Origin: a virus
Lineage: Duplodnaviria > Caudoviricetes
Direction: 5' to 3' (one strand)
IMG/VR virus record: IMGVR_UViG_3300048574_000429
Coordinates: 1-41,388 of that record
DNA: 41,388 bases
In this document: positions 26,156 through 36,166 of the stretch, piece after piece
How the letters are laid out: each line of letters opens with the position of its first letter
Numbering within the stretch: position 1 is the stretch's first letter
Translations under genes and position numbers: made by a program
The notes under the pieces: model-generated
What the model saw: only the letters and a program-made list of their open reading frames with translations
The model's database searches: none
Told to the model about the DNA's origin: nothing

Positions 26156-26991
26156 TGTTCCTCACTTTTGGAAATATTACTTTTCAGGGTATTAAGTTGC
26201 CTCAAACATTTGAGAGTAGCTTTGAAACTAACTATGGTCAGATTCCAATCATAGCTTCAAAACCAGTTGTACAAGGAACTGGTGAGAAACTAGACGAGCA
26301 TGACTTAACGGCTTACTTTCATATTGATTTTTGTACGCCACGCACAGAAGTAAACGTGCTTCAAACGATGCGAAAAGCCGGAACCGTATCCTATCTAGTC
26401 GATGGCACAGGTAAAAATTATGGTCGTTTTGTTATTACAACGTTACAGGAATCAAAAGTAACTTGTTTGAATGATGGGTATGAAACATCGATAACAATTC
26501 AGATTCACCTATTGGAGTATAATACGAATGCTTCAATGATAAAACAAACCGGGTCTGCTCTCGTAAGTCAGAATCCGGTAAAAGAAGAACCAGTAGCGAC
26601 AAAACAATCAATAGGGGCTTCTATTAATGCTGATATGTTGAGTGCCACACAAGCTTCGTCAAAGCTCCAAAAGCAGATAGCAGAAAGCACAACCCCAAGT
26701 GATGGTAAATATAAGCAGATTGCATCTGTTGCTACTTCTGCTAAGTCGTCTATTGTGTCAGCCAATGCCAAAGTAGGTGCGACAAAGAAAATAGCATATA
26801 GGGCCTTGAATTTGCGGAATTCGTATACAATGGTCAATTCTGCTCTTGATGATGTGAAAGCGGCTGCAACGGTTAAAAATTATAATGATCTTTTGACGGC
26901 CAATAATAAACTTACCGATTCACTTTATTACATGAATAAAAGTTATGCTCCGGTGGCTGCTTTTATGGGAAGTAGAGAGGGTGGAGAATAA
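26155..26991 (+). CDS. P2 gpU-like tail tube initiator with C-terminal extension
   Basis: KPVVQGTGEKLDE, LVDGTG..YGRFVI and LLEY motifs. Confidence 0.8.
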   Translation: MFLTFGNITFQGIKLPQTFESSFETNYGQIPIIASKPVVQGTGEKLDEHDLTAYFHIDFCTPRTEVNVLQTMRKAGTVSYLVDGTGKNYGRFVITTLQESKVTCLNDGYETSITIQIHLLEYNTNASMIKQTGSALVSQNPVKEEPVATKQSIGASINADMLSATQASSKLQKQIAESTTPSDGKYKQIASVATSAKSSIVSANAKVGATKKIAYRALNLRNSYTMVNSALDDVKAAATVKNYNDLLTANNKLTDSLYYMNKSYAPVAAFMGSREGGE

Positions 26992-27005
26992 GAACAACGA
27001 AAATT

Positions 27006-27218
27006 ATGTTTGGAGATTTTTATATAGAAGAAATGGATTTGGATAATGCCCCTAAGTGTAAATGTGGGGGTGATTATGATTTTTCAACATTATTTGATCG
27101 TAAGCCTCGTAGATTCAATTGCTTTTATGCAAAATGTCAGAAATGCAATCATGAGGATTATGGGTATCGGTTAAAGGATTTGCTCGATAAAATAAAACGA
27201 TATGGCCGACAGCTTTAA
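27006..27218 (+). CDS. Small Zn-finger-like hypothetical protein
   Basis: CKCG and CQKC pairs. Confidence 0.55.
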   Translation: MFGDFYIEEMDLDNAPKCKCGGDYDFSTLFDRKPRRFNCFYAKCQKCNHEDYGYRLKDLLDKIKRYGRQL

Positions 27219-27420
27219 CTATACGGTTCGACAGGGCGAAACATGGAGTAGTGTTGCCTGGCAAATGTATGGTTCAATGTCTGGAATAAAGACCTTGATA
27301 GAAGCTAATCCGGCAGTTCCTATAGATACAATTTTGCCTGATGGTACTATTCTAATTATTCCCATACTGGATGATACAGATTCTGCAATATTAACAACAC
27401 AAATACCACCATGGAAGTAG
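27202..27420 (+). CDS. P2 gpX-like LysM tail protein
   Basis: YTVRQGETW..VA...YG, LIEANP, PPW. Confidence 0.9.
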   Translation: MADSFNYTVRQGETWSSVAWQMYGSMSGIKTLIEANPAVPIDTILPDGTILIIPILDDTDSAILTTQIPPWK

Positions 27421-28514
27421 CAAGAAAAGCCTCTGTGGTACTATTTTGGAATAAAAATAATATTACAGTCAAGATTACTCCGTATTTATCACAAGTGACT
27501 TATACGGATCACGAAGAGGAAGCAACCGATGAAATTCAATTGACACTTGATAATACGTCTGGAGTTTGGTTTGAAGATTGGTATCCAACATCAGGTGATA
27601 CATTACAGTTGTATATAGGTTATGAAGATAGGCAGATTGATACCGGTCTTTTTGAAGTAGATGATATTACATTAACCGGCCCTCCAGATCAAATTACTGT
27701 TAAAGCTATATCGGCAGGTATCTCCAAAGCTCTGAGAACTCGGAATAATAAAGCATTTGAAGAGCAATCTTTGAAGCAAATAGCTCTATTCTTTTGTCAT
27801 AAACATGGATTTACACTTATTGATGGCTCTAATAAGTTGTCGCAGATATGGCTTGATAGAAAAACACAAGAGAACAAGACCGATTTAGCTTTTCTTTCAG
27901 ACTTGGCAAAAGAGTATGGTTTTATGTTTACGGTGAAGGGTCTGAAAATGGTATTTATCAGCTATTATGATCTTGAAAATGTAGCATCCGTTACTGAGAT
28001 TGATAAAACCCAGATTTCAAGTTATGATTTGAATGAGAAAACATTTGACACTTATGCTCAAGCAGAGATAAGACAGCGCAATCCAAAAAAAGGGAAATTA
28101 ATAATTGTCAATAATACTTATGATGGATGGGGTACAACCGTAAAAGAAAAATTGATAGTATCAGGGAGTGTAAGTACTGCTAGTCAGGCTGAGGCAAAAG
28201 TTAAAGGTGGACTTTGGGGTAAAAACAAATATAAGCAATCCGGAAATATTATTATTCCAGGTGATCCATTAATGGTGGCCGGAAATAATTTTGATTTAAC
28301 CGGTTTTGGTGCTGCTAGTGGTAAATATCATATTCCTACATCAACACATACCATAGACTCAAACGGTGGATATACAACAAGCTTAGAAATTCGCAAAACG
28401 GGTACAATTCCCAAACCGAAACGGATCCCAAGAACATCTAAACCTAAAAAATCAACCAGCGCAATGGCTTATGATAGTTTAGGGGAAGAAAATGAATATG
28501 AAGAAAATAATTGA
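27411..28514 (+). CDS. P2 gpD-like baseplate hub
   Basis: YTDHEE...DEIQLTLDN, TDLAFL..LAKEYG, GYTTSLE. Confidence 0.9.
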   Translation: MEVARKASVVLFWNKNNITVKITPYLSQVTYTDHEEEATDEIQLTLDNTSGVWFEDWYPTSGDTLQLYIGYEDRQIDTGLFEVDDITLTGPPDQITVKAISAGISKALRTRNNKAFEEQSLKQIALFFCHKHGFTLIDGSNKLSQIWLDRKTQENKTDLAFLSDLAKEYGFMFTVKGLKMVFISYYDLENVASVTEIDKTQISSYDLNEKTFDTYAQAEIRQRNPKKGKLIIVNNTYDGWGTTVKEKLIVSGSVSTASQAEAKVKGGLWGKNKYKQSGNIIIPGDPLMVAGNNFDLTGFGAASGKYHIPTSTHTIDSNGGYTTSLEIRKTGTIPKPKRIPRTSKPKKSTSAMAYDSLGEENEYEENN

Positions 28515-28516
28515 AC

Positions 28517-28972
28517 ATGTTGAAATACGGAATCATTTCTGAAACAAATTTCGATACCGGGAGGGCTAGAGTATATTTTGATGAACTTGGTATAACAAGT
28601 GGATGGCTCACCTTGCCCGATTCGATGAGGATGTGGAAGAAGTGGCCTATCAATTGTCAGGTAGCAGTGGAAATGCACGATAATGGAGAGGATGGTGAAG
28701 TGCTTCACCGTGTTATTGCAGATGATGAGGTGGTTCCAAGCTGGGTAAATGAACATACGGAAGGCTATCAGTTTAGCGATGGTACAGCAGTGTATTACGA
28801 TGCTGATGCAAAGAAGATCACAATTAATGCTCCGAACAGAGAATTAGAATTTAACTGTACTAAACTAACGGTTACTGGTGATATTATTGCTGGATCCGGA
28901 AAGATAAGTTTGATCGATCATTTACATACCAGCCCAACAGGGCCAACAGGAAAACCAATATCCAAACCATGA
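28517..28972 (+). CDS. Baseplate spike (gpV-like)
   Basis: GRARV.F......SGWL, FSDGT..YD, C-terminal HxH (HLH..PTGPT). Confidence 0.9.
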   Translation: MLKYGIISETNFDTGRARVYFDELGITSGWLTLPDSMRMWKKWPINCQVAVEMHDNGEDGEVLHRVIADDEVVPSWVNEHTEGYQFSDGTAVYYDADAKKITINAPNRELEFNCTKLTVTGDIIAGSGKISLIDHLHTSPTGPTGKPISKP

Positions 28973-29199
28973 GTATAGAAGCAAGTACAACTCTAAAGAA
29001 CGATATAAAAAACATCCTGAATGGACTGAAGGACTATAAAGGAGATCAAGAGGATGCAATAGACCAGTTTGCGACACAATTGGCCGACAAGGTGGCCGAT
29101 GCGATTAAAAGGGGTATTGATTCGGCAACAATCAAACAGGATCAAATGGCAGGTTCTTATCCTATAACTGGAACATTAACGATAACGGCAACAAAATGA
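28969..29199 (+). CDS. Hypothetical baseplate-region protein
   Basis: ATGA-coupled between the spike and gp25-like genes. Confidence 0.65.
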   Translation: MSIEASTTLKNDIKNILNGLKDYKGDQEDAIDQFATQLADKVADAIKRGIDSATIKQDQMAGSYPITGTLTITATK

Positions 29200-29612
29200 A
29201 TGGTGATAGCTCAATAGATATTAACTCTTTTGGTAAATCGGTAGAGGGCATAAATGATATAGCTCAAAGTTGGTATATCATTCTTCATACAATACCGGGA
29301 AGTGATCCGTTACGGCCAGACTTTGGTAGTGATGTATATAAATATCTTGACAAACCCAATAACAGTTTTGGCGGTTCTTTTTCGGTACAGGTAATTAATG
29401 ATCTGGAAAAATGGGAAACAAGATGTTCAATATCACAGGTAAAACCAATAGTCGGGGATAACAACAATATAAAGGTGAATATATTAGGTGTCTATAAGCC
29501 TACTAATACAGTTATTGAGGCGACATTGACACTTTCAGACTTGACCAATACAGTAGTTACAACTACGATGAAAAATTACTCAAACGCTTATAACGAAAAA
29601 CAGTATAATTAA
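29196..29612 (+). CDS. gp25/gpW-like baseplate wedge protein
   Basis: DI.QS..IIL.T.PGSDPLRPDFGS, WETR. Confidence 0.9.
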   Translation: MNGDSSIDINSFGKSVEGINDIAQSWYIILHTIPGSDPLRPDFGSDVYKYLDKPNNSFGGSFSVQVINDLEKWETRCSISQVKPIVGDNNNIKVNILGVYKPTNTVIEATLTLSDLTNTVVTTTMKNYSNAYNEKQYN

Positions 29613-29613
29613 T

Positions 29614-30897
29614 ATGACCCTTTCAAATCCTGTTTTTGTAGATGCTGATCCGGCAGCAACATTATCTAAAATATTAGTAGATTTTGAATTGTTGACAGGT
29701 AAAACAATAGAACCTTCACAACCTGAATATGCTATTGCATCTTGTATTGCATATCACAAGACATTGACGATGAATAGAATCAATGAAGCTGGAAAGTCTA
29801 TGCTTGTTGATTTTTCAATAGCACCGGTGCTTGACTATATAGCCGCCTTATTTAATATTACCCGTCTACCTGCTGAGGGTGCCGTATGTACTCTTGGATT
29901 CAATATCGTTTCAGGGCATTTAGCTGTAACTATCCCTCTTGGTACTAGGGTTGCATCGAAAGATGGTAATGTCATTTTTGCTACGGATGATGATGTGGTT
30001 GTGCCGGTTGGTACTGACTATGTAGAAGTAACTGCAACATGTCAAACTGTAGGTTCTTCGGGAAACAATTATGCCGTAAATGCAATAACCGAATTGATGG
30101 ATCCTTATGCTTATATATCGTCAGTATCCAACAAAGATATTACGTCTGGCGGTTCATCTGAAGAAACAGATGACGAGTTGAGGGCACGAGTAAAATTAGC
30201 GACATCGAAATTTAGTGTTGCAGGCAGTACAAATGCTTATATCTATTGGGCGAAATCAGCTAGCTCTCTCATTGCTGATGTTGCAATAGCTACGTTTAAT
30301 GATTTTATGCCAATAGTTAACTATGCCTCGTATGATCCAGATGTTGCATATAAATTCGGTGATACAGTTATTAAAAACGGGGTCTTTGCGGTTTGCATTG
30401 TGCCAAATAAGGGTGTTGATCCGATAATAGATACTGATTATTGGGTGAAGCCTGGTGAAGTTCACATTTTTTCATTGCTGGATAATGGAGTTTTACCAAC
30501 AAAAGCGATCAATGATAAAATATTGAATATTTTAACGGCTAATAATATTCGTCCGTTGACAGATAGCGTATTCGTAAAAACACCATCAGAGCAAAAATAT
30601 TCATTGACTCTTGATGTAGTGAAGAAACCAGATACGATAGGTAGTGATCTTATTAGTTCTCTATATTCAATTTTGAATGATTTTGCACAAGCAAAACAGC
30701 AAGCTCTTGGACTTGATATTGTAGCAACCTATATAGAATCGATTAGCCGAATTGAGGGTGTATATGATGTGACAGCAACAATATTACCTGTGGGGGCATC
30801 ACTTTCCGGTCGCAATTTAGTAATGAACCCTTGGCAGGTAGCAAAACTAACTCCCGGAGGGATTACAATTAATATAACAGGATCCAACAATGGCTGA
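29614..30897 (+). CDS. Baseplate J-like protein with inserted small domain
   Basis: GG...ETDDELR.R, SVAGS..AY.YWA, PGEV and IRPLTD motifs. Confidence 0.92.
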   Translation: MTLSNPVFVDADPAATLSKILVDFELLTGKTIEPSQPEYAIASCIAYHKTLTMNRINEAGKSMLVDFSIAPVLDYIAALFNITRLPAEGAVCTLGFNIVSGHLAVTIPLGTRVASKDGNVIFATDDDVVVPVGTDYVEVTATCQTVGSSGNNYAVNAITELMDPYAYISSVSNKDITSGGSSEETDDELRARVKLATSKFSVAGSTNAYIYWAKSASSLIADVAIATFNDFMPIVNYASYDPDVAYKFGDTVIKNGVFAVCIVPNKGVDPIIDTDYWVKPGEVHIFSLLDNGVLPTKAINDKILNILTANNIRPLTDSVFVKTPSEQKYSLTLDVVKKPDTIGSDLISSLYSILNDFAQAKQQALGLDIVATYIESISRIEGVYDVTATILPVGASLSGRNLVMNPWQVAKLTPGGITINITGSNNG

Positions 30898-31477
30898 TAG
30901 AAAATTGATAGCATCGGCGGTTGCTGATAGTCGGCTAGGGTGCTTTGATGAAATCATAAGTAATCAATTTGACAACATAGATCTATCTCCGATGATGATT
31001 TATTTGATTGATTGTGTTGATAAATCTGCATTACCATGGTTGGCAAAACAATTTGATGTTGATGGATTCAAAGGTTTTGATCAATGTGCAACAGTAGCTG
31101 ATCAACGTGAGTTGTTGAAGAATGCTATTCAGCTGCATCGTAATATTGGTACGATCTGGGGAATAAATAAAGCTTGTTCGATAATTGGTTTTGTTCCTAA
31201 AAGCATAAAAGAAAACATTCCGATTGTTCCTGGCGGCCCTAATGTGTGGTGTGCATTTAGCGTAGAGCTAACTCCTGCTGACTTGGGTAAAATAAGTAAA
31301 AACAGTCTTACCATGCTTAAATCCTTTATCGGTTACTATAAAAATGCGCGTAGTATTCTCGTTGAGGTTTATTTTGGCATTGAAGTCAGTGATGATACAT
31401 TACAAATTAGCGATACACTGACACTTTCAGGGGGAGATTATAATGATGACTGGAGTGATGATTTTCTAAATTCTTAA
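30890..31477 (+). CDS. P2 gpI-like tail protein
   Basis: ALPWLAKQFDV, RELLKNAIQLHR.IGT, YKNARS.L. Confidence 0.9.
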   Translation: MADRKLIASAVADSRLGCFDEIISNQFDNIDLSPMMIYLIDCVDKSALPWLAKQFDVDGFKGFDQCATVADQRELLKNAIQLHRNIGTIWGINKACSIIGFVPKSIKENIPIVPGGPNVWCAFSVELTPADLGKISKNSLTMLKSFIGYYKNARSILVEVYFGIEVSDDTLQISDTLTLSGGDYNDDWSDDFLNS

Positions 31478-31481
31478 AGCG

Positions 31482-32159
31482 ATGAATACAAAAAAAATTC
31501 TACATGATCTAATAGATGCAACGTTTACAACGAATGGGAATAAACAGATCAGTGGAGCGAAAGCCAGGGAAACACATAGGACTTTGTTAGATGCACAATA
31601 TTTGCCAGCTGGTTTTCCTGGTGAATGGTACGGCCCAGAGTCGACCATTCCAGAAGGTTGGCACTTGTGTGATGGGAGTAGTTTCTCTATAACGGAGTAT
31701 AATGATTTGTTTTTGGCATTAGGGGGGTATCAGTCTCCTTATGGTGTTGATGTTGCAGCAGGGACGTTTAAGATACCTTACGCACAGCCGGGTACTGGTT
31801 TTATTCAACAGGGTATAAACCCAGATACTGGGACTAATTTTCAACTAGGTAAAACTGGAGGAGAAGAAACACATCTTTTGAAAGATGAAGAAACACCTCT
31901 TCGAGACCATTGGCATTACGGCTTTCGTAAAGGTGATCCGGGCAAACATTTTTTGCACGATTATCCCGAAGAACATCCAACAACAGATGATTCTAGTACT
32001 TATGGCGATAACAATTATATGACTCGTATGGGTTCATCATCATCAGAACCGGATGCGGGCAGAACCGGCGGCCAAAAATCTGATGATAAACTTGAGGTTA
32101 AATCTCATAACAATATGTCTCCCTATATGGCCATCAACAAAACAATTAAACTTTGGTAA
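31482..32159 (+). CDS. Tail-collar domain protein
   Basis: IPEGWHLCDG...Y.DLF..LG, GKTGGEETH.L, HNNMSPY. Confidence 0.85.
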   Translation: MNTKKILHDLIDATFTTNGNKQISGAKARETHRTLLDAQYLPAGFPGEWYGPESTIPEGWHLCDGSSFSITEYNDLFLALGGYQSPYGVDVAAGTFKIPYAQPGTGFIQQGINPDTGTNFQLGKTGGEETHLLKDEETPLRDHWHYGFRKGDPGKHFLHDYPEEHPTTDDSSTYGDNNYMTRMGSSSSEPDAGRTGGQKSDDKLEVKSHNNMSPYMAINKTIKLW

Positions 32160-32160
32160 T

Positions 32161-32586
32161 ATGGAAAGAATGCAGTTACATGGAGAATTAGAACTTCAGT
32201 TCTTTTTACACGGGAAATTAACGCATTGTGAAAAAAGAAACAATTTGATAGTTGATTCTGGATATAAAGCCTTATTTGCTGGGCTTGGAGGTGCAGCCAG
32301 CAAGAATATTATAAAAATTCAGGCTGGAACTAATGGGGCGGCTCCAACATCGAATGACGTGGCTATAACAGACGCTGTTGATCTAGTAATATCAAGGTTT
32401 ACGAGCACAGCCAACAGCTTGACAATACAGTTTACCCTAGGTGCGAATGATGCTAATGACTTAACGATTGCTGAATTTGGTACCATTTGCGCAGATGGTA
32501 CATTGTTTAGTCGTAAAAATTGGACACCGTTTTTGAAAATTGCAGACCTAAGTGTTGAAGGAACTTGGACAATATCAAGAATATGA
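32161..32586 (+). CDS. Tail fibre-associated structural protein
   Basis: NLIVDSG, AN...I.EFG....DGTLFSRK resembles tail-fibre N-terminal modules. Confidence 0.65.
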   Translation: MERMQLHGELELQFFLHGKLTHCEKRNNLIVDSGYKALFAGLGGAASKNIIKIQAGTNGAAPTSNDVAITDAVDLVISRFTSTANSLTIQFTLGANDANDLTIAEFGTICADGTLFSRKNWTPFLKIADLSVEGTWTISRI

Positions 32587-34661
32587 ATAGAAAACAATTA
32601 ATTACTTATTTGATCTCCGTTATTTTTCCCAATGCGGAGAACAAAATCGATGCCGGAAAGCATCAGGCGTTTGAAACTCAACTTTTGAATGATGTAATGG
32701 TGAAATCTGATGATGTAATATCTGATGAGGCCAAAACTTCAGATGATACGGTGTTTTCATCTAATTACATTAAGCAAAAGAACACATCTATGCAATTAGA
32801 TGTTCAGCAACGTGTGGCTGATGAGGCGAAGTTAAGGCAGCAAAATGAGGTCTTGCTTAAAGAGCAAATCGATTTGAAAGCTAACTCGGCTGACGTATAT
32901 AATAAAACAGAGATAGATAATAAAGTTAGCTCTGTTTACCGTTTCAAAGGAAGTGTCGACAATTATGCAGCTTTGCCAGAAACCGGGCTAACAAGTGGCG
33001 ATGTTTACAATCTTACCGATACCGGAATGAACTATGCGTATACCGGTTCAGGATGGGATGCACTTGGTACCGTTGAAGCACTGGCCACGGCTGCGCAAAA
33101 CGGTTTGCTATCAAAAGAAGACTTTGTTAAAATTAGCAATTTACCAAAGACTGTACAAAAAGCGGATGCAGCTTTCAATTCGTTGCAATTTGTGAGAAAT
33201 GCCACATTTGGTCTGTTGCCTCTTGTTGAATCGTTTGGAAACTCCTTGAACAGCTCGAATGTGTTTTCTGTAAATAGTAATTTGTGGATGATGATGCTGG
33301 GTAACTCAAGCAAACTAACTGCCATCTCCGGTACAAAGTCAACATTTAGAGTAACTCCGACAGATGCAAGTGCAACGGCAAGTATTGATAAGTTTCATTT
33401 TGGAATGTGGCTTTTTATTCCAAATACTAATAGTTTGAAGCCTGATTTCAATCATGATCTAAATGTGTTTCCCGGAGTTGAAAATGTGCAGATCGACGCT
33501 ATGTTTTACTACTCATTGACAAACCAGACCCCAATTGGGTTGGAGATATATGCGGGATCAACAGAAAAAGATGATTTGGAGCTTGTTTATTCTTACACGG
33601 GTCCGGTTCAAAATGAAATCATAATTTCTGGCTTAAAAATAGATATAACAACTAAAAGGTTTATCGGTGTTAGAGTGATACCACAATCTAATTTGCAGGT
33701 AAATGCGGTAACTCCGCGAGTGTTTTCTATTCGACCCATAGTACCGGTATCAAATTCATATTTATTTGGAAGTGTATGTGAATCGTTGACGTTGGCCGAT
33801 GATGAGCATGATGGTCTGATGAGCATTGAACATTTTGCAAAAGTAGAAGCAATACCGGCAGTGGACTTAGGCGGACAGTTCCCGCGAAAATCAATAAAAA
33901 TGGGAGATTTGCTGTCAGGTTTTTCAAGTTCTGACTATGAACTTTCCCCATGGCAATCGGGATTTTCGGTTAATACGTCTACCGGAGTTTTCACAAAGGC
34001 CAATCACGGTTTTGTAGCAAACACAGCCATAGAATTGAGACAAAACGGAGGTATGTTACCCACGGGATTTCTGAGCTACTTGGATGCAACTCATAAGGTT
34101 TTCGGAATGTATTATACGATTCAGGTTCTTGATGCCAATACCTTCACATTATCAAATCCATTTACGGGTACTGTAGTTAAGCCAACAGACGTAGGGTCAG
34201 GAGTGTATCAGATGCGGTCGGCCTTGAATAAAATATCTATTCCGATTCCTAAAATTCCGGTATGTACATCACTATCTATTTTGCTCGATTTTATACTCTG
34301 CTATGACGGAATGACGACACCAATGCTTGGTTTTTCGTTTAATAACGATCAGGCAAATACTTGCTTGTGCCGGGGTAAAAAAAACTATTTTGCATTAGCG
34401 GATGTTTACATGGCATGTAATATTAGAGGGGTAGTGGAAATTGTAATAACCCATCTCGAAAACGGATATTATTTTATCCGGGCAAACATGAACGGATGCA
34501 GTAGTTACGATGAAACCTATTATAGTGATGCTACTAATTCTCCGTATCCTATCGTTGGAAAATGGCTGAATGATGCAGATATTCAGACTATCGAATTCGG
34601 AGACTTTGGAAATAATACACGTTGGCTGAAGTCTTTAGAGGCGAGCGTATATCAACAGTAA
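32583..34661 (+). CDS. Tail fibre / receptor-binding protein
   Basis: KAN..DVY.KTEID, YRFKGSV..Y..LP and repeated GL(L/M)S.E(D/H)F.K motifs; last tail gene. Confidence 0.8.
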   Translation: MNRKQLITYLISVIFPNAENKIDAGKHQAFETQLLNDVMVKSDDVISDEAKTSDDTVFSSNYIKQKNTSMQLDVQQRVADEAKLRQQNEVLLKEQIDLKANSADVYNKTEIDNKVSSVYRFKGSVDNYAALPETGLTSGDVYNLTDTGMNYAYTGSGWDALGTVEALATAAQNGLLSKEDFVKISNLPKTVQKADAAFNSLQFVRNATFGLLPLVESFGNSLNSSNVFSVNSNLWMMMLGNSSKLTAISGTKSTFRVTPTDASATASIDKFHFGMWLFIPNTNSLKPDFNHDLNVFPGVENVQIDAMFYYSLTNQTPIGLEIYAGSTEKDDLELVYSYTGPVQNEIIISGLKIDITTKRFIGVRVIPQSNLQVNAVTPRVFSIRPIVPVSNSYLFGSVCESLTLADDEHDGLMSIEHFAKVEAIPAVDLGGQFPRKSIKMGDLLSGFSSSDYELSPWQSGFSVNTSTGVFTKANHGFVANTAIELRQNGGMLPTGFLSYLDATHKVFGMYYTIQVLDANTFTLSNPFTGTVVKPTDVGSGVYQMRSALNKISIPIPKIPVCTSLSILLDFILCYDGMTTPMLGFSFNNDQANTCLCRGKKNYFALADVYMACNIRGVVEIVITHLENGYYFIRANMNGCSSYDETYYSDATNSPYPIVGKWLNDADIQTIEFGDFGNNTRWLKSLEASVYQQ

Positions 34662-34707
34662 TCAATAAGGGGGTGAAAAGAATCCCCGTCTAAAATATCA
34701 AACAGAT

Positions 34708-35178
34708 ATGGACGAGCTCATTACGCATATTTACGACATTATGAAAGCCGTTGTGTCATTTATAATCACAGGCTTAGTATCAGCATTCTTGCCTCTTGAA
34801 GATGCTTTGTTTATCCTATTTACAGGTTTTACGATCAATTTTATCACTGGCTTTGTGACGGATATTAGGGTAAATAAAAAAGAATTCAATATGAAGAAAG
34901 CATTTGATGCGGTGTTGCAAATTGGGTACTTTTTTGGATTGATATTCTTTATTTCTGCAACCGGCACAAATCTTCACGATAGCGTATTCACGACAGTGGG
35001 GGTGAAGTGGTCAACGGTAATAGTTACGCTATATTACATCCTAAATGTTTTGAAGAATGGCAAGCAATTATGGCCTGGCAACATTGCTATAAGTCTGTTG
35101 TATGACATTTTATCCCTGCAAGGTGTGGGTTATTTCATCAAATTATTTGGTCTTAAAAAAGAAAGAGAGGTAAAATAA
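34708..35178 (+). CDS. Holin
   Basis: Several TM segments, directly before the endolysin. Confidence 0.75.
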   Translation: MDELITHIYDIMKAVVSFIITGLVSAFLPLEDALFILFTGFTINFITGFVTDIRVNKKEFNMKKAFDAVLQIGYFFGLIFFISATGTNLHDSVFTTVGVKWSTVIVTLYYILNVLKNGKQLWPGNIAISLLYDILSLQGVGYFIKLFGLKKEREVK

Positions 35179-35612
35179 TGGCAAATTTTGAATTAGCTAT
35201 TGATCCGGTACTGGAATCTGAAGGGTACCGACAGAAATACGGCAAAAGTGGATATGTAAAAGACCCTGATGATGCCGGTGGAGAAACGATTGCAGGTATC
35301 TCTAGGAAGAACTGGGGTAATGAGGCTATCTGGTTGTATGTCGATGCAGCAAAGAAACGGACGGGATTTCCCAATTCATTAGCTGCTGATTTGAACATCA
35401 GATCAATGATCTTGGACTTTTACCGCCGCCGGTTCTGGTCTCCGATACATGGCGATAGCATAAAACAACAGGTTATTGGGAATTTATTGGTCGACAAAGC
35501 AGTATTAGAAGGGATCTCACCGGCTATAGCTCGTGCGGAGGACATTGTAGGGCTAAAACGAACCGGTATAGTGTCGGATGAATTAATCACAAAACTAAAT
35601 CTACTCGCATGA
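35178..35612 (+). CDS. Endolysin, GH108-like
   Basis: EG...GYV.DPDDAGGETIAGIS, FY...FW motifs. Confidence 0.9.
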   Translation: MANFELAIDPVLESEGYRQKYGKSGYVKDPDDAGGETIAGISRKNWGNEAIWLYVDAAKKRTGFPNSLAADLNIRSMILDFYRRRFWSPIHGDSIKQQVIGNLLVDKAVLEGISPAIARAEDIVGLKRTGIVSDELITKLNLLA

Positions 35613-35860
35613 AAAAGATGATTTTAATCCTACTGCTTGTGCCAATGATGTCGATAGCTCAACATCCGGCCAAAGTGGATTCGGTGAAAATACTCCGGGA
35701 TTCAATTTGCAAGCTCAACCAGCGGTCGGTAATGACAACTGAACAGTTCATCAAGATTTACAAGTATGAAACTCTTTTGAAGTATTATCGGTTGACCAAA
35801 TCCCGACCGACCAATAAAAAATACTACTACGGCTGGAGCGCGAGGGTATTTGATAAATGA
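35609..35860 (+). CDS. Hypothetical protein with signal peptide
   Basis: MKKMILILLLVPMMSIAQ. Confidence 0.6.
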   Translation: MKKMILILLLVPMMSIAQHPAKVDSVKILRDSICKLNQRSVMTTEQFIKIYKYETLLKYYRLTKSRPTNKKYYYGWSARVFDK

Positions 35861-35866
35861 GTAAGT

Positions 35867-36166
35867 ATGTCCAAGATTAAACGATTTACATCGAAAGATG
35901 GCGGCTATCATGGAGAACTTGGATTCTATTGTCCTGGCTGCAAGCAAGAACATTTCATTTTTGACAATGAAACTGATTCTGAAGCTTCACGCGGATACTG
36001 TTGGGGATTCAATAAAGACTTTGAAAAGCCAACAATTACGCCTTCAGTATTGGTTCAGTGGCCTAATCATGCGTGTCATTCTTTCATCACTGATGGCAAA
36101 ATACAGTTTCTGAGCGACTGTACGCATGAACTAGCTGGGAAAACAGTTGAATTAAAAGATATATGA
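35867..36166 (+). CDS. DUF6527-like Cys/His protein
   Basis: F.CPGC...H, W.FN.D..KPT.TPSVL, CHSFITDG.IQFLSDCTH.LAG. Confidence 0.75.
   Translation: MSKIKRFTSKDGGYHGELGFYCPGCKQEHFIFDNETDSEASRGYCWGFNKDFEKPTITPSVLVQWPNHACHSFITDGKIQFLSDCTHELAGKTVELKDI

Noticed and set aside
31482-34661. Diversity-generating retroelement or invertible tail-fibre cassette
   Set aside because: No reverse transcriptase or invertase ORF, and no TR/VR-like duplicate noticed by eye
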